From an uncultured Pseudomonadota bacterium (GTDB taxonomy: Bacteria > Pseudomonadota > Gammaproteobacteria > Burkholderiales > Casimicrobiaceae): a DNA stretch of 64,000 bases. The first letter of the stretch is position 1, and the number at the start of each line of letters is the position of its first letter. The DNA is taken from assembly GCA_963706225.1 (NCBI GenBank), contig CAVPMH010000025.1, positions 76,667 through 140,666 of the forward strand, written 5' to 3'. Below the pieces are notes generated by a model. That model did not search any database. It saw only the letters and a program-made list of their open reading frames with translations, and was not told the DNA's origin. Below are positions 54,215-64,000 of this stretch, piece after piece. A program made the position numbers and the translations under genes.

Positions 54215-56179
54215 TTACTCGCCCTTCAGCAACCGCTGCTCGGCGCGCGCCAGCTCCGCTGGCCGGCCGAGCAGCACGACAGCGTCGCCCGGCGCGAAAC
54301 GCCAATCGGCGCCAGGCATCACCGATCGCGCACCGGGTCGGCGCACGCCGGTCACTTCGACGAGCGCGCCGACGTTCAATTCGTCGAGCGACCGGCCGAT
54401 CGCATGCGCACGTTCGCCGAGCAGCACCGTATGCAGTCGCGGCTGCATGTTGTCGGCGGCGTCCGCGACATCGCTCGCGCCGTGGAAGAAACCGCGGAAC
54501 AGTCCGTATCGTTGCTCGCGAACCGTCCGGATGCGCTTCAGCACGCGGTTGAGCGGCACACCCAGCACGAGCAGCGAATGCGACGCGAGCATCAGGCTGC
54601 CTTCGAGCACCTCGGGAACGACCTCCGTGGCGCCGGCCGCGAGCAGCCGGTCGATCTCGCCATCGTCGCGCGTGCGCACGATCACGGGCACTTCGGGGCG
54701 CAGATGCTGCACGTGGTGAAGGATCCGGATCGCGACGGCGGTATCCGCGAACGTGATCACGACGGCGCGCGCCTTCGCGAGCCCGGCGGAAACGAGCGTC
54801 TCGCGCCGGCTCGCATCGCCGTAGATGACGCTGGTGCCGTCGGCGGCCTCGCGCACGCGCTGCGGATCGGCATCGAGCGCGAGATAGGCAATGTCCTCGC
54901 GCTCGAGCAGGCGCGTCAGGTTCTGTCCGCTCCGGCCGAAGCCGCACACGATGACGTGGCCCTGGCGCGCCATCGTCCGGGCCGCCACTTGCGTGAGCTC
55001 GGCTGCGCGCGCGAGCCAGTCGTTGGCCGTCAGCTTCCTCACCCACCGCTCCGCGTGCTGGATGAGCAGCGGCGCAAGCAGCATCGACAGGATCATCGCC
55101 GCGAGCACCGCCTGCGCGAATCGTGGCGACAGCAGCCCGGTCTGCGTCGCGAGCGCGAGCATGACGAGCGCGAATTCGCCCGCCTGCGCGAGATAAAAGC
55201 CGGTCCGCAGCGCGGTGCCGGTCGGCGCGCCGAACGCGCGGGCGAGGACGACGATCAGCACGAGCTTCGCCGCCACGGGAACGATCAGCAACAGCAGCAC
55301 GTAGCCCGCGAGCACGCGATCGACGTGAAGGTCGAGCATCATGCCGATCGTGATGAAGAAAAGTCCGAGCAACACGTCGCGAAACGGCTTGATGTCCTCT
55401 TCGACCTGGTAGCGGAATTCCGTTTCGGAGATGAGCATGCCGGCGAGAAACGCGCCGAGTGCCAGCGACAGGCCGAAATAGCCGGTGATCGCCGCCATCC
55501 CGAGCGTCACGAGCAGCACGTTCAGCACGAAGAGCTCCGACGAGCGCTGGCGCGCGACCAGCCGAAACCACGCGCGCATCGGCCGTTGCCCGAGAAACAG
55601 GATCACCGCCAGCGCGATCGCGGCCTTGAAGAGCGCGCCCGCGAGCACCCACCCGGTGGCAAGACCCGGCAGCCCGAGCGACGGAATCAGGATCAGGAAC
55701 GCGACGACCGCCAGATCCTGGAAGAGCAGGACGCCCATCACGTCGCGTCCATGCGGCGTGCCGAGCTCCGAGCGCTCGGCGAGCATCTTCGACACGATCG
55801 CCGTCGAGCTCATCGCGAGCGCGCCGCCCAGCACGATGCCGGCGCGCCACCCGTAGCCCAGCAACTGCATGGCGAGCGTGCCGGCGCCCGTCGTGATGGC
55901 GACCTGCGCTGCGCCGAGTCCGAAGACCGCACGGCGCATCGTGCGCAATTGCGGCAGGCTGAACTCGAGTCCGATCGAGAACATCAGGAACACGATGCCG
56001 AACTCGGCGAGCTCGCGCGTCGCATCGTCGTCGGGGACAATGCCGAGCGCGTGCGGGCCAAGCGCGATGCCGACGATCAGGTAGCCGAGGATCGGCGGCA
56101 ATCGGATGCTGCGGCACAACGCGACGACGACGACGGAGGCCGCGAGCAGCATCAGGATCAGCAGCAGCGTGTTCGGCAT
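54215..56179 (-). CDS. CPA2-family cation:proton antiporter with TrkA-N/TrkA-C domains
   Basis: LAMSSTAIV, LLFQDL, GFGRSGQ, YGDA. Confidence 0.92.
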   Translation of the reverse strand: MPNTLLLILMLLAASVVVVALCRSIRLPPILGYLIVGIALGPHALGIVPDDDATRELAEFGIVFLMFSIGLEFSLPQLRTMRRAVFGLGAAQVAITTGAGTLAMQLLGYGWRAGIVLGGALAMSSTAIVSKMLAERSELGTPHGRDVMGVLLFQDLAVVAFLILIPSLGLPGLATGWVLAGALFKAAIALAVILFLGQRPMRAWFRLVARQRSSELFVLNVLLVTLGMAAITGYFGLSLALGAFLAGMLISETEFRYQVEEDIKPFRDVLLGLFFITIGMMLDLHVDRVLAGYVLLLLIVPVAAKLVLIVVLARAFGAPTGTALRTGFYLAQAGEFALVMLALATQTGLLSPRFAQAVLAAMILSMLLAPLLIQHAERWVRKLTANDWLARAAELTQVAARTMARQGHVIVCGFGRSGQNLTRLLEREDIAYLALDADPQRVREAADGTSVIYGDASRRETLVSAGLAKARAVVITFADTAVAIRILHHVQHLRPEVPVIVRTRDDGEIDRLLAAGATEVVPEVLEGSLMLASHSLLVLGVPLNRVLKRIRTVREQRYGLFRGFFHGASDVADAADNMQPRLHTVLLGERAHAIGRSLDELNVGALVEVTGVRRPGARSVMPGADWRFAPGDAVVLLGRPAELARAEQRLLKGE

Positions 56180-56251
56180 GGGCCGGGCGAAGTTAGCACG
56201 CCGCCGATGGTTGCAGCGGCACCGCGAAGGGGCGGCGGTATACTTTGCGCG

Positions 56252-57284
56252 ATGATCGCCCATGCGGATGCGCAAAGCGATGCGCGCGACGCCCCACCCG
56301 GTACCGTCGACGCGCAACGCGCACTGGCGCTCGCCCGCGACGTTCTCGACACCGAGGCGCGCGCGATCTCGTCGCTCGGCGCGCGGCTTTCCGCACCGTT
56401 TGTCGCTGCCGTCGAGCTGATGCTCCGGTGCCGCGGCCGCGTCGTGGTCTCCGGCATCGGCAAATCCGGACACATCGCGCGGAAGCTCGCGGCGACGCTG
56501 GCGTCGACCGGCACACCGGCTTTCTTCGTGCATCCCGCCGAAGCGGGACACGGCGACCTCGGCATGATCACCGCGGACGACGTCGTCGTCATGCTCTCGA
56601 ACTCCGGCGAAACCGACGAGCTGATGATGCTGACGCCGCATCTGAAGCGCCAGGGCGCCAGGCTGATCGCCTTGACCGGCAACGAGCAGAGCTCGCTCGC
56701 GCAGTCGGCGCACGTCCATCTCGATGCGGCCGTCGATGCCGAAGCGTGTCCGCTCGGGCTCGCGCCGACCGCCAGCACGACGGCCGCACTGGCGCTCGGC
56801 GACGCGCTTGCGCTGGCCGCTGCTCGATGCGCGCGGGTTTTCGGTCGAGGACTTCGCGCGCTCGCATCCTGGCGGCTCGCTCGGCCGCCGGCTGCTGACG
56901 CGCGTCGCGCGACGTCATGCGCACGGGGCAGCGCCGTGCCGCGCGTCGCGGATACGGCGACGCTCGCCGAAGCGATCGTCGAGATGAGCCGCCAAGGGCA
57001 TGGGCATGACGTGCGTCGTCGACGAACGACGACACAGTCGCGGGCATCTTCACCGACGGCGATCTTCGCCGTGCCTGAGCCGGTCCGGCGATCCGAATCG
57101 GCGCGCGTCGCCGACCTGATGACGAAGCGCGCCGCGCACGATCGACGCCGAACGCCTCGCCGCCGATTGCATCGTGCTGATGGAGACGCCACCGAAGATC
57201 ACGTCGCTGCTCGTCGTCGATGCCGCCGGCACGCTGGTCGGCGCCGTGCAGATGCACGATCTCTTCCGCGCGCGCGTCGTCTAG
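56252..57284 (+). CDS. kdsD: Arabinose-5-phosphate isomerase, KpsF/GutQ family (several frameshifts in the CBS region)
   Basis: GIGKSGHI, HPAEAGHGDLG, LAPTAST, HPGGSLG, HDLFRARVV. Confidence 0.92.
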
Positions 57285-57298
57285 CGTCATGGGCGCCG

Positions 57299-57848
57299 AT
57301 GACGACTGACCTGACCGCCCGCGCGCGCCGCGTGCGCCTGCTGTCGTGCGACGTCGACGGCGTGCTGACCGACGGACGCATCTACGTCGACGACCACGGC
57401 CACGAGTTCAAGGCGTTCTGTGCGCTCGACGGCGTCGCGATGCATCTGCTGGCAGACGCCGGCATCGTCGTCGCGTGGATCACCGGGAGCAGCGCGCCCG
57501 CGGTGGCGCATCGCGCGCAGCAACTGCGCATTCCGCATCTCGTGCAGGACGCGCACGACAAGCGCGCGCCGTGGGAGCGGCTGCGCATCGATCTGGGGTT
57601 CGCGCCCGAGCAATGCGCGCACATCGGCGACGACCTGCCGGACATCGCCGTGCTGGCCGCATGCGGCCTCGGCGTGACGGTGCCGCACGCACCTGCCGCG
57701 GTTCGCGCGCATGCGCATTACGTCACGTCGCGCGACGGCGGCGGCGGCGCGGTGCGCGAGCTGGCCGACATCATTCTCGCCGCGCAAGGATACGACGACG
57801 CGCGCGACGCGCCGCGCGCGGGCGCCCGCGCTCGCGCCGGCGCGCTGA
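57299..57848 (+). CDS. kdsC: KDO 8-phosphate phosphatase (3' end approximate)
   Basis: DVDGVLTDG, IGDDLPD, GGGAVRE. Confidence 0.9.
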
Positions 57849-57862
57849 AGCCCGATCCCGCG

Positions 57863-58488
57863 ATGGATCGCACGCGCGCCTTCTTCGATCGCCTCGTCGC
57901 GTGGTCGCCGGTTCTGCTGCTCGGCGCGCTCGCTGCGCTCACGTACTGGCTCGACGCGCAGGTGCAGCCGCCGCCGGCCCGGCGCGACGGATCGTCGCGC
58001 CACGACCCCGATCTGTTCCTGCAGGATTTCAAGGCGATCACGTTCGACGCGCAGGGCAAGCCGCGCGAATCGTTATCCGCGGTGCGCGCCGATCACTTTC
58101 CCGACGACGACAGCGCCGAGCTCGCGGACCCGAAACTGTCGCTGACCGAGACGGGTCATCCGACGATGACGATCAGCGCCGATCGCGGAACGATTGCCGG
58201 CGACCGCGACCACGGCGATTTTGCGGGGCACGTGCGCGTCGAGCGCGCCGCGGAAACGCAGCCGGCGAAGCCGGGCGAGACACCGACCGGCCCCGTTACG
58301 CTCACGACCGAGCCTGCTGCACGTCTTCACCAAGGAGCAGCGCGCGCAGACCGATCAGCCGGTGACGATCGAGGAACCGCGTGGAATAATCCGCGGCCGA
58401 GGCCTCGAGTTCGACAACAAGGCGAAGACGCGTGCGGATCAAGTCGCACGTCAGCGGCACGCTCCAACCTCAACACGAACCCAGATGA
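57863..58488 (+). CDS. lptC: LPS export protein LptC (frameshifted)
   Basis: [21 protein letters not shown]; context between kdsC and lptA. Confidence 0.87.
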
Positions 58489-59187
58489 CGCAACCCGGTA
58501 TTGCCGCACGGCGAGTGCGTGGCGCTCGCCGCATGCGCGATCGGCCTTCTCGGCCCCGCGGTCGCCGGCGCCGAGAAGGCCGATCGCGACAAGCCGATCA
58601 ACTTCTCGGCCGAGCAGCCGGCGGAAGTGGACTTCGACAAGCGCGTCGGCACGCTGCGCGGCAACGTCGTGATCACGCAAGGAACGTTGACGATTCACGC
58701 GGACAGGATCGACTTCAAGCAGAATCCGGACGACTCGCTGTCCGCGACCGCGGTCGGCAAACCGGTGAGCTTCCGTCAGAAGAAGGACGACTCCGACGAG
58801 TATTTCGAAGGCTACGCGCAGCGCGCCGTGTACGACGGCCAGACGCAGACGCTCGAGCTGTTCGACAACGCGCTGCTCAAGCAGGGCAAGGACGAGATCC
58901 GCAGCAATTACATTTCCTACAACAGCGCGACCGATATGTTCCGATCGGAGGGCCGGCCCAACGCCCCCGGCGCCGAAGGTCCGGGCGCACGCGTGCAAGG
59001 CGTATTCGAGCCGCGTACCGAAACGCCGCTCGGAACGAAAGGCGCGCCGAAATCCGACGGGAAGGAAACGGCCCCGGCCGGCAAGGCCGCAGCGACAACG
59101 AAGGATGGCAAGCCGGCAACGCCCGCGCCGGCCGCAAAGGCGGCCCCGCCGCTCAAGCTCACGCCCGACCCGACGCTGCAGAAGTGA
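58485..59187 (+). CDS. lptA: LPS transport protein LptA (5' frameshift)
   Basis: [25 protein letters not shown]. Confidence 0.9.
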
Positions 59188-59444
59188 GTGCCGCCGCGCC
59201 GATCCAGCATGCGAACGCCTCCCGCTGGGAGGCCGCGCAGCGACCCGCCTCGCAACCGTGGGGGGACCGCATGAGCGGCGACGGGCCGCCCCAAGACGCG
59301 AATTCCGCCCCCTGGGGGGCAGCGCCGCGACGCACGTCGCAAGCGTGGGGGGAGCACATGAGCGGCGACGGGCCGCCCCAAGACGCGAATTCCGCCCCCT
59401 GGGGGGCAGCGCCGCGACACACGTCGCAAGCGTGGGGGGAACAC
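59184..59444 (+). repeat. Three tandem 87-bp Family-A units in frame with lptB
   Basis: Units 59184-59270 (diverged), 59271-59357 and 59358-59444 (last two differ at 2 nt). Confidence 0.9.
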
Positions 59445-60168
59445 ACCAGCAAGCTTACGGCAGCGCACTTGCGCAAGCGCTACAAGGCGCGCACCGTCGT
59501 CCACGACGTTTCGCTCGAAGTCGCGAGCGGCGAGGTGGTGGGCCTGCTCGGCCCCAACGGCGCCGGCAAGACGACGTGCTTCTACATGATCGTCGGGCTC
59601 GTCGCCGCCGACGGCGGCAACATCTCGCTCGACGGCGAGAACCTGTCGCGGCTGCCGATCCATCGGCGCGCGCGGCGCGGGCTTTCCTACCTGCCGCAGG
59701 AAGCGTCGATCTTCCGCAAGCTGACGGTGTCGCAGAACGTGCGCGCGATCCTCGAGCTGCAGGACCTCGACGCCGACGCGCTCGTCGAACCGGCTCGACG
59801 CGCTGCTCGAGGACCTGTCGATCTCGCATCTGGCCGACGCGCCGGCGGTATCGCTGTCCGGCGGCGAGCGGCGGCGCGTGGAGATCGCGCGCGCGCTGGC
59901 GACGCGGCCGCGCTTCATCCTGCTCGACGAGCCGTTCGCAGGCGTCGATCCGATCGCCGTGCTCGACATCCAGAAGATCATCGGCTTCCTGAAGGAGCGC
60001 GGCATCGGCGTGCTGATCACCGACCACAACGTGCGCGAGACGCTCGGCATCTGCGACCGCGCGTACATCATCAACGAAGGCCGGGTGCTCGCGTCCGGCG
60101 CGCCGGGCGAGATTGTTTATAATGAGGACGTCCGGAAAGTTTATCTCGGGGAGCACTTCCGGCTCTGA
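59358..60168 (+). CDS. lptB: LPS export ATPase LptB (start lies inside a repeat: 59184, 59271 or 59358; frameshift near 59790)
   Basis: [43 protein letters not shown]. Confidence 0.93.
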
Positions 60169-60243
60169 CTCGCCACGATGCGAGCGACCGGCTGTCCCGT
60201 CGATGCCGGCGTAGCTGCACCCTTCTAGAAAGCGCGGTCGTCG

Positions 60244-61716
60244 GTGAAGCAGACGCTCCAACTCAAGCTCTCGCAGCACCTCACGCTGACGCCGCAGTTG
60301 CAGCAGTCGATCCGGCTGCTGCAGCTGTCGACGATCGAGCTCAATGCCGAAGTCGAGCGCATCCTGCAGGAAAATCCGCTGCTCGAGCGCGCCGAAGTCG
60401 AGGAGGAGCGCGTAGCTGCCGAAGTGCCGCTGTCCGGTCCGGGACGCGTCACCGACGGCGCCGAGCCCGCAACGCGCGAGACCACGTCGAGCGACACGGC
60501 GTCCGAGATGCGCGCGACGCGCGACGATGCGCCGGAAGTGGCCGACTTCGCCGATTACGGCGGCGGCGGCGACAGCGACTGGGGCGGTGGCAATTCCGGA
60601 GACGACGACGATTTTCTGCCGCAGCAGATCGCGACCAGCACGCTGCGCGACCACCTGAATGGCCAGCTCGCGCTGCTCAACCTGCCGCAGCGCGACCGGC
60701 ACATCGTCATGGCGCTGATCGACGCGCTCGACGACGACGGCTACCTGCCAACACCGCTCGAGGAAATCGCCGAGCTGTTTCCGGCGGAACTCGAGATCGA
60801 GCCCGAGGAGCTGTCGATCGCCCTCAAGTTCGTCCAGAGCTTCGAGCCGTCGGGTGTCGGCGCGCGCGATTGCGCCGAGTGCCTTGCGCTGCAACTGAAG
60901 ACGCGGGCGCCCGACACGCCGTTTCTCGCCGACGCGCTGAAGGTCGTCGATGGCAACCTTCCGCTGCTCGCGAACCGCGACTTCACCAAGCTGAAGCGGC
61001 TGCTGCATACCGACGACGCCGGCGTGCGCGGCGTGCGCGACCTGATCCGCAGCCTCAATCCCCGGCCGGGCGGCGCGTTCGCGAAGGCCGAGGCGAACTA
61101 CGTGATCCCGGACGTGGTCGTACGTAAGATCAGGAACCAATGGGTCGCGGCGCTGAACGAGGCGGCGATGCCGAAGCTGCGGCTGAACCGCATCTACGCC
61201 GATATCCTCACGCGCAATCGCGAGAGCTCCAACCAGCAACTCGCGGCGCAGCTTCAGGAAGCGAAGTGGCTGATCCGCAACGTGCAGCAGCGCTTCGACA
61301 CGATCCTGCGCGTCGCCAAGGCCATCGTCGAGCGCCAGCGGCGCTTCTTCGAGCACGGCGAAGTCGCGATGCGGCCGATGGTGCTGCGCGAGATCGCCGA
61401 CATGCTGTCGTTGCACGAATCGACGATATCCCGCGTCACCACGCAGAAATACATGCTGACGCCGCGCGGCACGTTCGAGTTGAAGTACTTCTTCGGCAGC
61501 CATGTCGCGACCGACACGGGCGGCGCCGCTTCGGCGACGGCGATTCGCGCGCTGATCAAGCAGCTGATCGCCGCCGAAGATACGAAAACACCGCTTACCG
61601 ACAGCAAGATCGCCGACATGCTCGGCGAGCAGGGGATCCTGGTCGCCCGGCGCACGATCGCGAAGTACCGCGAGGCGCTGCAGATTCCGCCGGTCAACAT
61701 GCGCAAGGCGCTTTGA
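60244..61716 (+). CDS. rpoN: RNA polymerase sigma-54
   Basis: TPQLQQSIRLLQL, HESTISR, RpoN box ARRTIAKYRE. Confidence 0.97.
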   Translation: MKQTLQLKLSQHLTLTPQLQQSIRLLQLSTIELNAEVERILQENPLLERAEVEEERVAAEVPLSGPGRVTDGAEPATRETTSSDTASEMRATRDDAPEVADFADYGGGGDSDWGGGNSGDDDDFLPQQIATSTLRDHLNGQLALLNLPQRDRHIVMALIDALDDDGYLPTPLEEIAELFPAELEIEPEELSIALKFVQSFEPSGVGARDCAECLALQLKTRAPDTPFLADALKVVDGNLPLLANRDFTKLKRLLHTDDAGVRGVRDLIRSLNPRPGGAFAKAEANYVIPDVVVRKIRNQWVAALNEAAMPKLRLNRIYADILTRNRESSNQQLAAQLQEAKWLIRNVQQRFDTILRVAKAIVERQRRFFEHGEVAMRPMVLREIADMLSLHESTISRVTTQKYMLTPRGTFELKYFFGSHVATDTGGAASATAIRALIKQLIAAEDTKTPLTDSKIADMLGEQGILVARRTIAKYREALQIPPVNMRKAL

Positions 61717-61912
61717 GGGATTCCTCTTCGGCGACTTGCCGCCGGTTGCCGACCGTCGCGCTCGGCCTTTGCGCGCCACGCGCCACCCCGCCATTCGCAT
61801 CGCCCGTCGCGCATCCAACGCAAGCGCGCCGTCAACCGGCCGCGCGAATCGGCGCGCCTGCGCGGCTACAGCGCGGCACGCGACCTTCATTTCAGCATGG
61901 AAGGAGAGCCTG

Positions 61913-62260
61913 ATGAATCTGCACCTCACTGGCCATCATCTCGACATCACCCCGGCGATCCGCGATTACGTGATCGCGAAGCTCGAGCGGGTGAATCGCC
62001 ATTTCGACCATGTGATCGACGTCAGCGTGGTGCTCTCGGTGGACAAGCTGCGACAGAAAGTGGAGGCGACCATCCACGTGCGCGGCAAGGACCTGCACGC
62101 GGAAAGCATCGACGCCGACATGTATGCCGCGATCGACGCGCTCGCCGACAAACTCGACCGGCAGGTCCTCAAATACAAGGAGCAGCTCAAGGATCACCGC
62201 ACCGACACGGCCGCCATCGACCGCTCGGCGGTCGGCTCGGGCGCCGAGGAGTCGAGCTAG
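61913..62260 (+). CDS. hpf: Ribosome hibernation promoting factor
   Basis: TGHHLDITPAIR, DMYAAID. Confidence 0.94.
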   Translation: MNLHLTGHHLDITPAIRDYVIAKLERVNRHFDHVIDVSVVLSVDKLRQKVEATIHVRGKDLHAESIDADMYAAIDALADKLDRQVLKYKEQLKDHRTDTAAIDRSAVGSGAEESS

Positions 62261-62271
62261 CCAGGCTTCAC

Positions 62272-62339
62272 GGGGTCGGAGTCGTTGAAAAGCGAGCGAG
62301 CGGCCGCCGTTCAAGCATAATTTCAACGACTCTGACCCC
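62272..62339. repeat. Family-C inverted repeat (REPIN-like doublet)
   Basis: GGGGTCGGAGTCGTTGAAA-N30-TTTCAACGACTCTGACCCC, 19-bp arms with one mismatch. Confidence 0.8.
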
Positions 62340-62397
62340 TTGAAACATATAATCGGCCGGTTTGCCTTTGCGTCCAGAGCGACGCGCACCGGCCTTC

Positions 62398-62859
62398 ATG
62401 AACCCGATCGCGGCCCTGCTGCCCGCCTCCAACATCGTCGTCGACCTCGACGCCGCATCGAAGACGCAATTCTTCACGGCGGTGGGCGGCGTGTTCGAGC
62501 GGAGCGCCGGGCTTTCGCGTGCGCACGTCGCGGCCAGCCTCGCCGCTCGTGAAAAGCTGGGCTCGACGGGACTCGGCCAGGGCATTGCCATCCCGCACGG
62601 GCGCATCCATGGCCTGCCCGAAGCAGTGGGCGCGTTCGTCCGGTTGCGTGCACCGATCGCATTCGACGCGCCCGATGGCAAGCCGGTCGATCAACTGTTC
62701 GTGCTGCTCGTGCCCGAGCAGGCGACCGATCAGCATCTGCAGCTTCTGTCAGAGCTCGCCCAGATGTTCTCCGAGCGCGCGTTTCGCGACCGCCTGAGCA
62801 CCGCGAAGGACGCGGCGGCACTCGCCGACGCCTTCCGCGACTGGCGCCCGGGAACATGA
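62398..62859 (+). CDS. ptsN: PTS EIIA-Ntr
   Basis: REKLGSTGLGQGIAIPHGR, FDAPDG. Confidence 0.94.
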   Translation: MNPIAALLPASNIVVDLDAASKTQFFTAVGGVFERSAGLSRAHVAASLAAREKLGSTGLGQGIAIPHGRIHGLPEAVGAFVRLRAPIAFDAPDGKPVDQLFVLLVPEQATDQHLQLLSELAQMFSERAFRDRLSTAKDAAALADAFRDWRPGT

Positions 62860-62888
62860 GCGCCGCCGCAAGCGTGGGGGTCGCATGA
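62856..62888 (+). other. 10-aa bridge mini-ORF (Family-A remnant) between ptsN and hprK
   Basis: ATGAGCGCCGCCGCAAGCGTGGGGGTCGCATGA, ATGA overlap at both ends. Confidence 0.6.
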
Positions 62889-63847
62889 CCACCGCCGGGC
62901 ACGCCGCGATGCGGCAGGTCACCGTCGAGCAGTTTCTCGATGACAATCGGGAGCGCCTGGGGCTCGTCTGGCTCGCGGGCCGCGACGGCGGTACGCGCAT
63001 GCTCGTCGGCGAAAGCTCGCTGCGGCCGACGATCGGGCAAGTGGGCCACATGAACCTGATTCACCCGTTCCGCGTCCAGATTCTCGGCGCCGCGGAGCTC
63101 GCTTACCTGCGCGCGTTACCCGAAGACGAGCTCAACCGATCGATCAATCGCCTGTTCACGACGGAGCTCGCCGCAATCGTCGTCGGCAACGGCGAGCAGG
63201 TTCCGCGGCACCTCCTCGACATGTGCAACCAGCACAGGATCGCGCTCGTCACGTCGCAGCAGCCCTCGCCGCACATCGTCGACGTTTTCCGCATCTATCT
63301 TTCGCGCGTGCTCGCCGAATCGACCACGTTGCACGGCGTGTTCCTCGACGTGCTCGAGCTCGGCGTGCTCATCACCGGCGCATCGGCGATCGGCAAGAGC
63401 GAGCTCGCGCTGGAGCTCATTTCGCGCGGCAACGGGCTCATCGCCGACGACATCGTCGAGCTCTACCGGATATCCCCCGACACGATCGAGGGACGCTGCC
63501 CGGCGGTGCTGCGCGATTTCCTCGAGGTGCGCGGCATCGGCATCCTGAATATCCGCACGATCTTCGGCGAGACGGCGGTCCGCCCGCACAAGCTGCTGCG
63601 GTTGCTCGTGCACCTCGAAGATCACGGCAACGAGGCGTTCTCGGATCTCGACCGCCTGCAGGTGAACGCGACGTTCCAGGAAATCCTGGCGGTGCCGATC
63701 CGCAAGGTGACCATTCCCGTCGCCGCGGGACGCAACCTCGCAGTGCTCGTCGAGGCGGCGGTACGCAACTTCGTCCTCAACCAGCGCGGGATCGACAGCA
63801 CGAAGGAGTTCATCGAGCGGCAGCAGAAGCTCATGAATGAAGGTTGA
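62885..63847 (+). CDS. hprK: HPr kinase/phosphorylase
   Basis: LHGVFLD, GKSELALELI, ADD, LEVRGIG, VAAGRN. Confidence 0.95.
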   Translation: MTTAGHAAMRQVTVEQFLDDNRERLGLVWLAGRDGGTRMLVGESSLRPTIGQVGHMNLIHPFRVQILGAAELAYLRALPEDELNRSINRLFTTELAAIVVGNGEQVPRHLLDMCNQHRIALVTSQQPSPHIVDVFRIYLSRVLAESTTLHGVFLDVLELGVLITGASAIGKSELALELISRGNGLIADDIVELYRISPDTIEGRCPAVLRDFLEVRGIGILNIRTIFGETAVRPHKLLRLLVHLEDHGNEAFSDLDRLQVNATFQEILAVPIRKVTIPVAAGRNLAVLVEAAVRNFVLNQRGIDSTKEFIERQQKLMNEG

Positions 63848-64000
63848 ATGGACCTGATGCTCATCGGCGGCGTGTCGGGATCCGGCAAGAACGTGGCGCT
63901 CACCGCGTTCGAGGATGCCGGCTACTACACGCTCAATAACCTCCCTCCGCCGCTGCTCGTCGAAACCGCGACGTACCTCGAGCGCTCCGGCCAGCAGCGG
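63848..64000 (+). CDS. rapZ: RNase adapter RapZ (3'-partial)
   Basis: [18 protein letters not shown]. Confidence 0.88.
   Translation, partial: MDLMLIGGVSGSGKNVALTAFEDAGYYTLNNLPPPLLVETATYLERSGQQR

Noticed and set aside
59184-59444. CRISPR-like array
   Set aside because: Units are contiguous 87-bp tandem copies with no unique spacers, and no cas genes are present.
56252-60168. Pseudogenisation of kdsD, lptC, lptA, lptB and an apparent KdsC-LptC fusion
   Set aside because: These are core LPS genes with intact motifs and no in-frame stop accumulation; indel errors are the simplest cause. Polishing would settle it.
61870-61895. Sigma-54 promoter upstream of hpf (CGGCACG...)
   Set aside because: The GC expected 10 nt after the GG is missing (reads TC).

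Overview
High-GC (about 65-70% in hand-counted core lines) betaproteobacterial chromosome segment; the gene order murA-his-tat-degS-petABC-sspAB-tRNA-Thr, mla, kdsD-kdsC-lptCAB-rpoN-hpf-ptsN-hprK-rapZ is typical of Burkholderiales/Rhodocyclales relatives. Many single-base frameshifts occur even in essential genes (dnaE, lptB, lptC, kdsD), which points to an unpolished long-read assembly rather than real pseudogenes. Accessory parts: (i) 1-4881, a partly lower-GC three-gene module of an Ig-repeat/PKD/NTF2-like surface protein, a carboxypeptidase-regulatory-like exported protein, and a secreted protein carrying an essentially complete phospholipase C/P1-nuclease-type zinc ligand set (candidate effector-partner system); (ii) 4914-10403, a MacAB-like exporter with two permeases downstream of a Fur-boxed FTR1 permease; (iii) 21372-29857, a MocR-associated (hetero)aromatic uptake and ring-cleavage cluster abutting tRNA-Thr(TGT). 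The most unusual signal is intergenic: palindromic repeat-like inserts sit inside housekeeping operons at stop/start junctions. They form small bridge ORFs overlapping the upstream stop and downstream start by ATGA (petB/petC, mlaE/mlaD, ptsN/hprK) or in-frame N-terminal extensions (three 87-bp units on lptB), apparently preserving translational coupling. All calls come from motif recognition; no searches were run.
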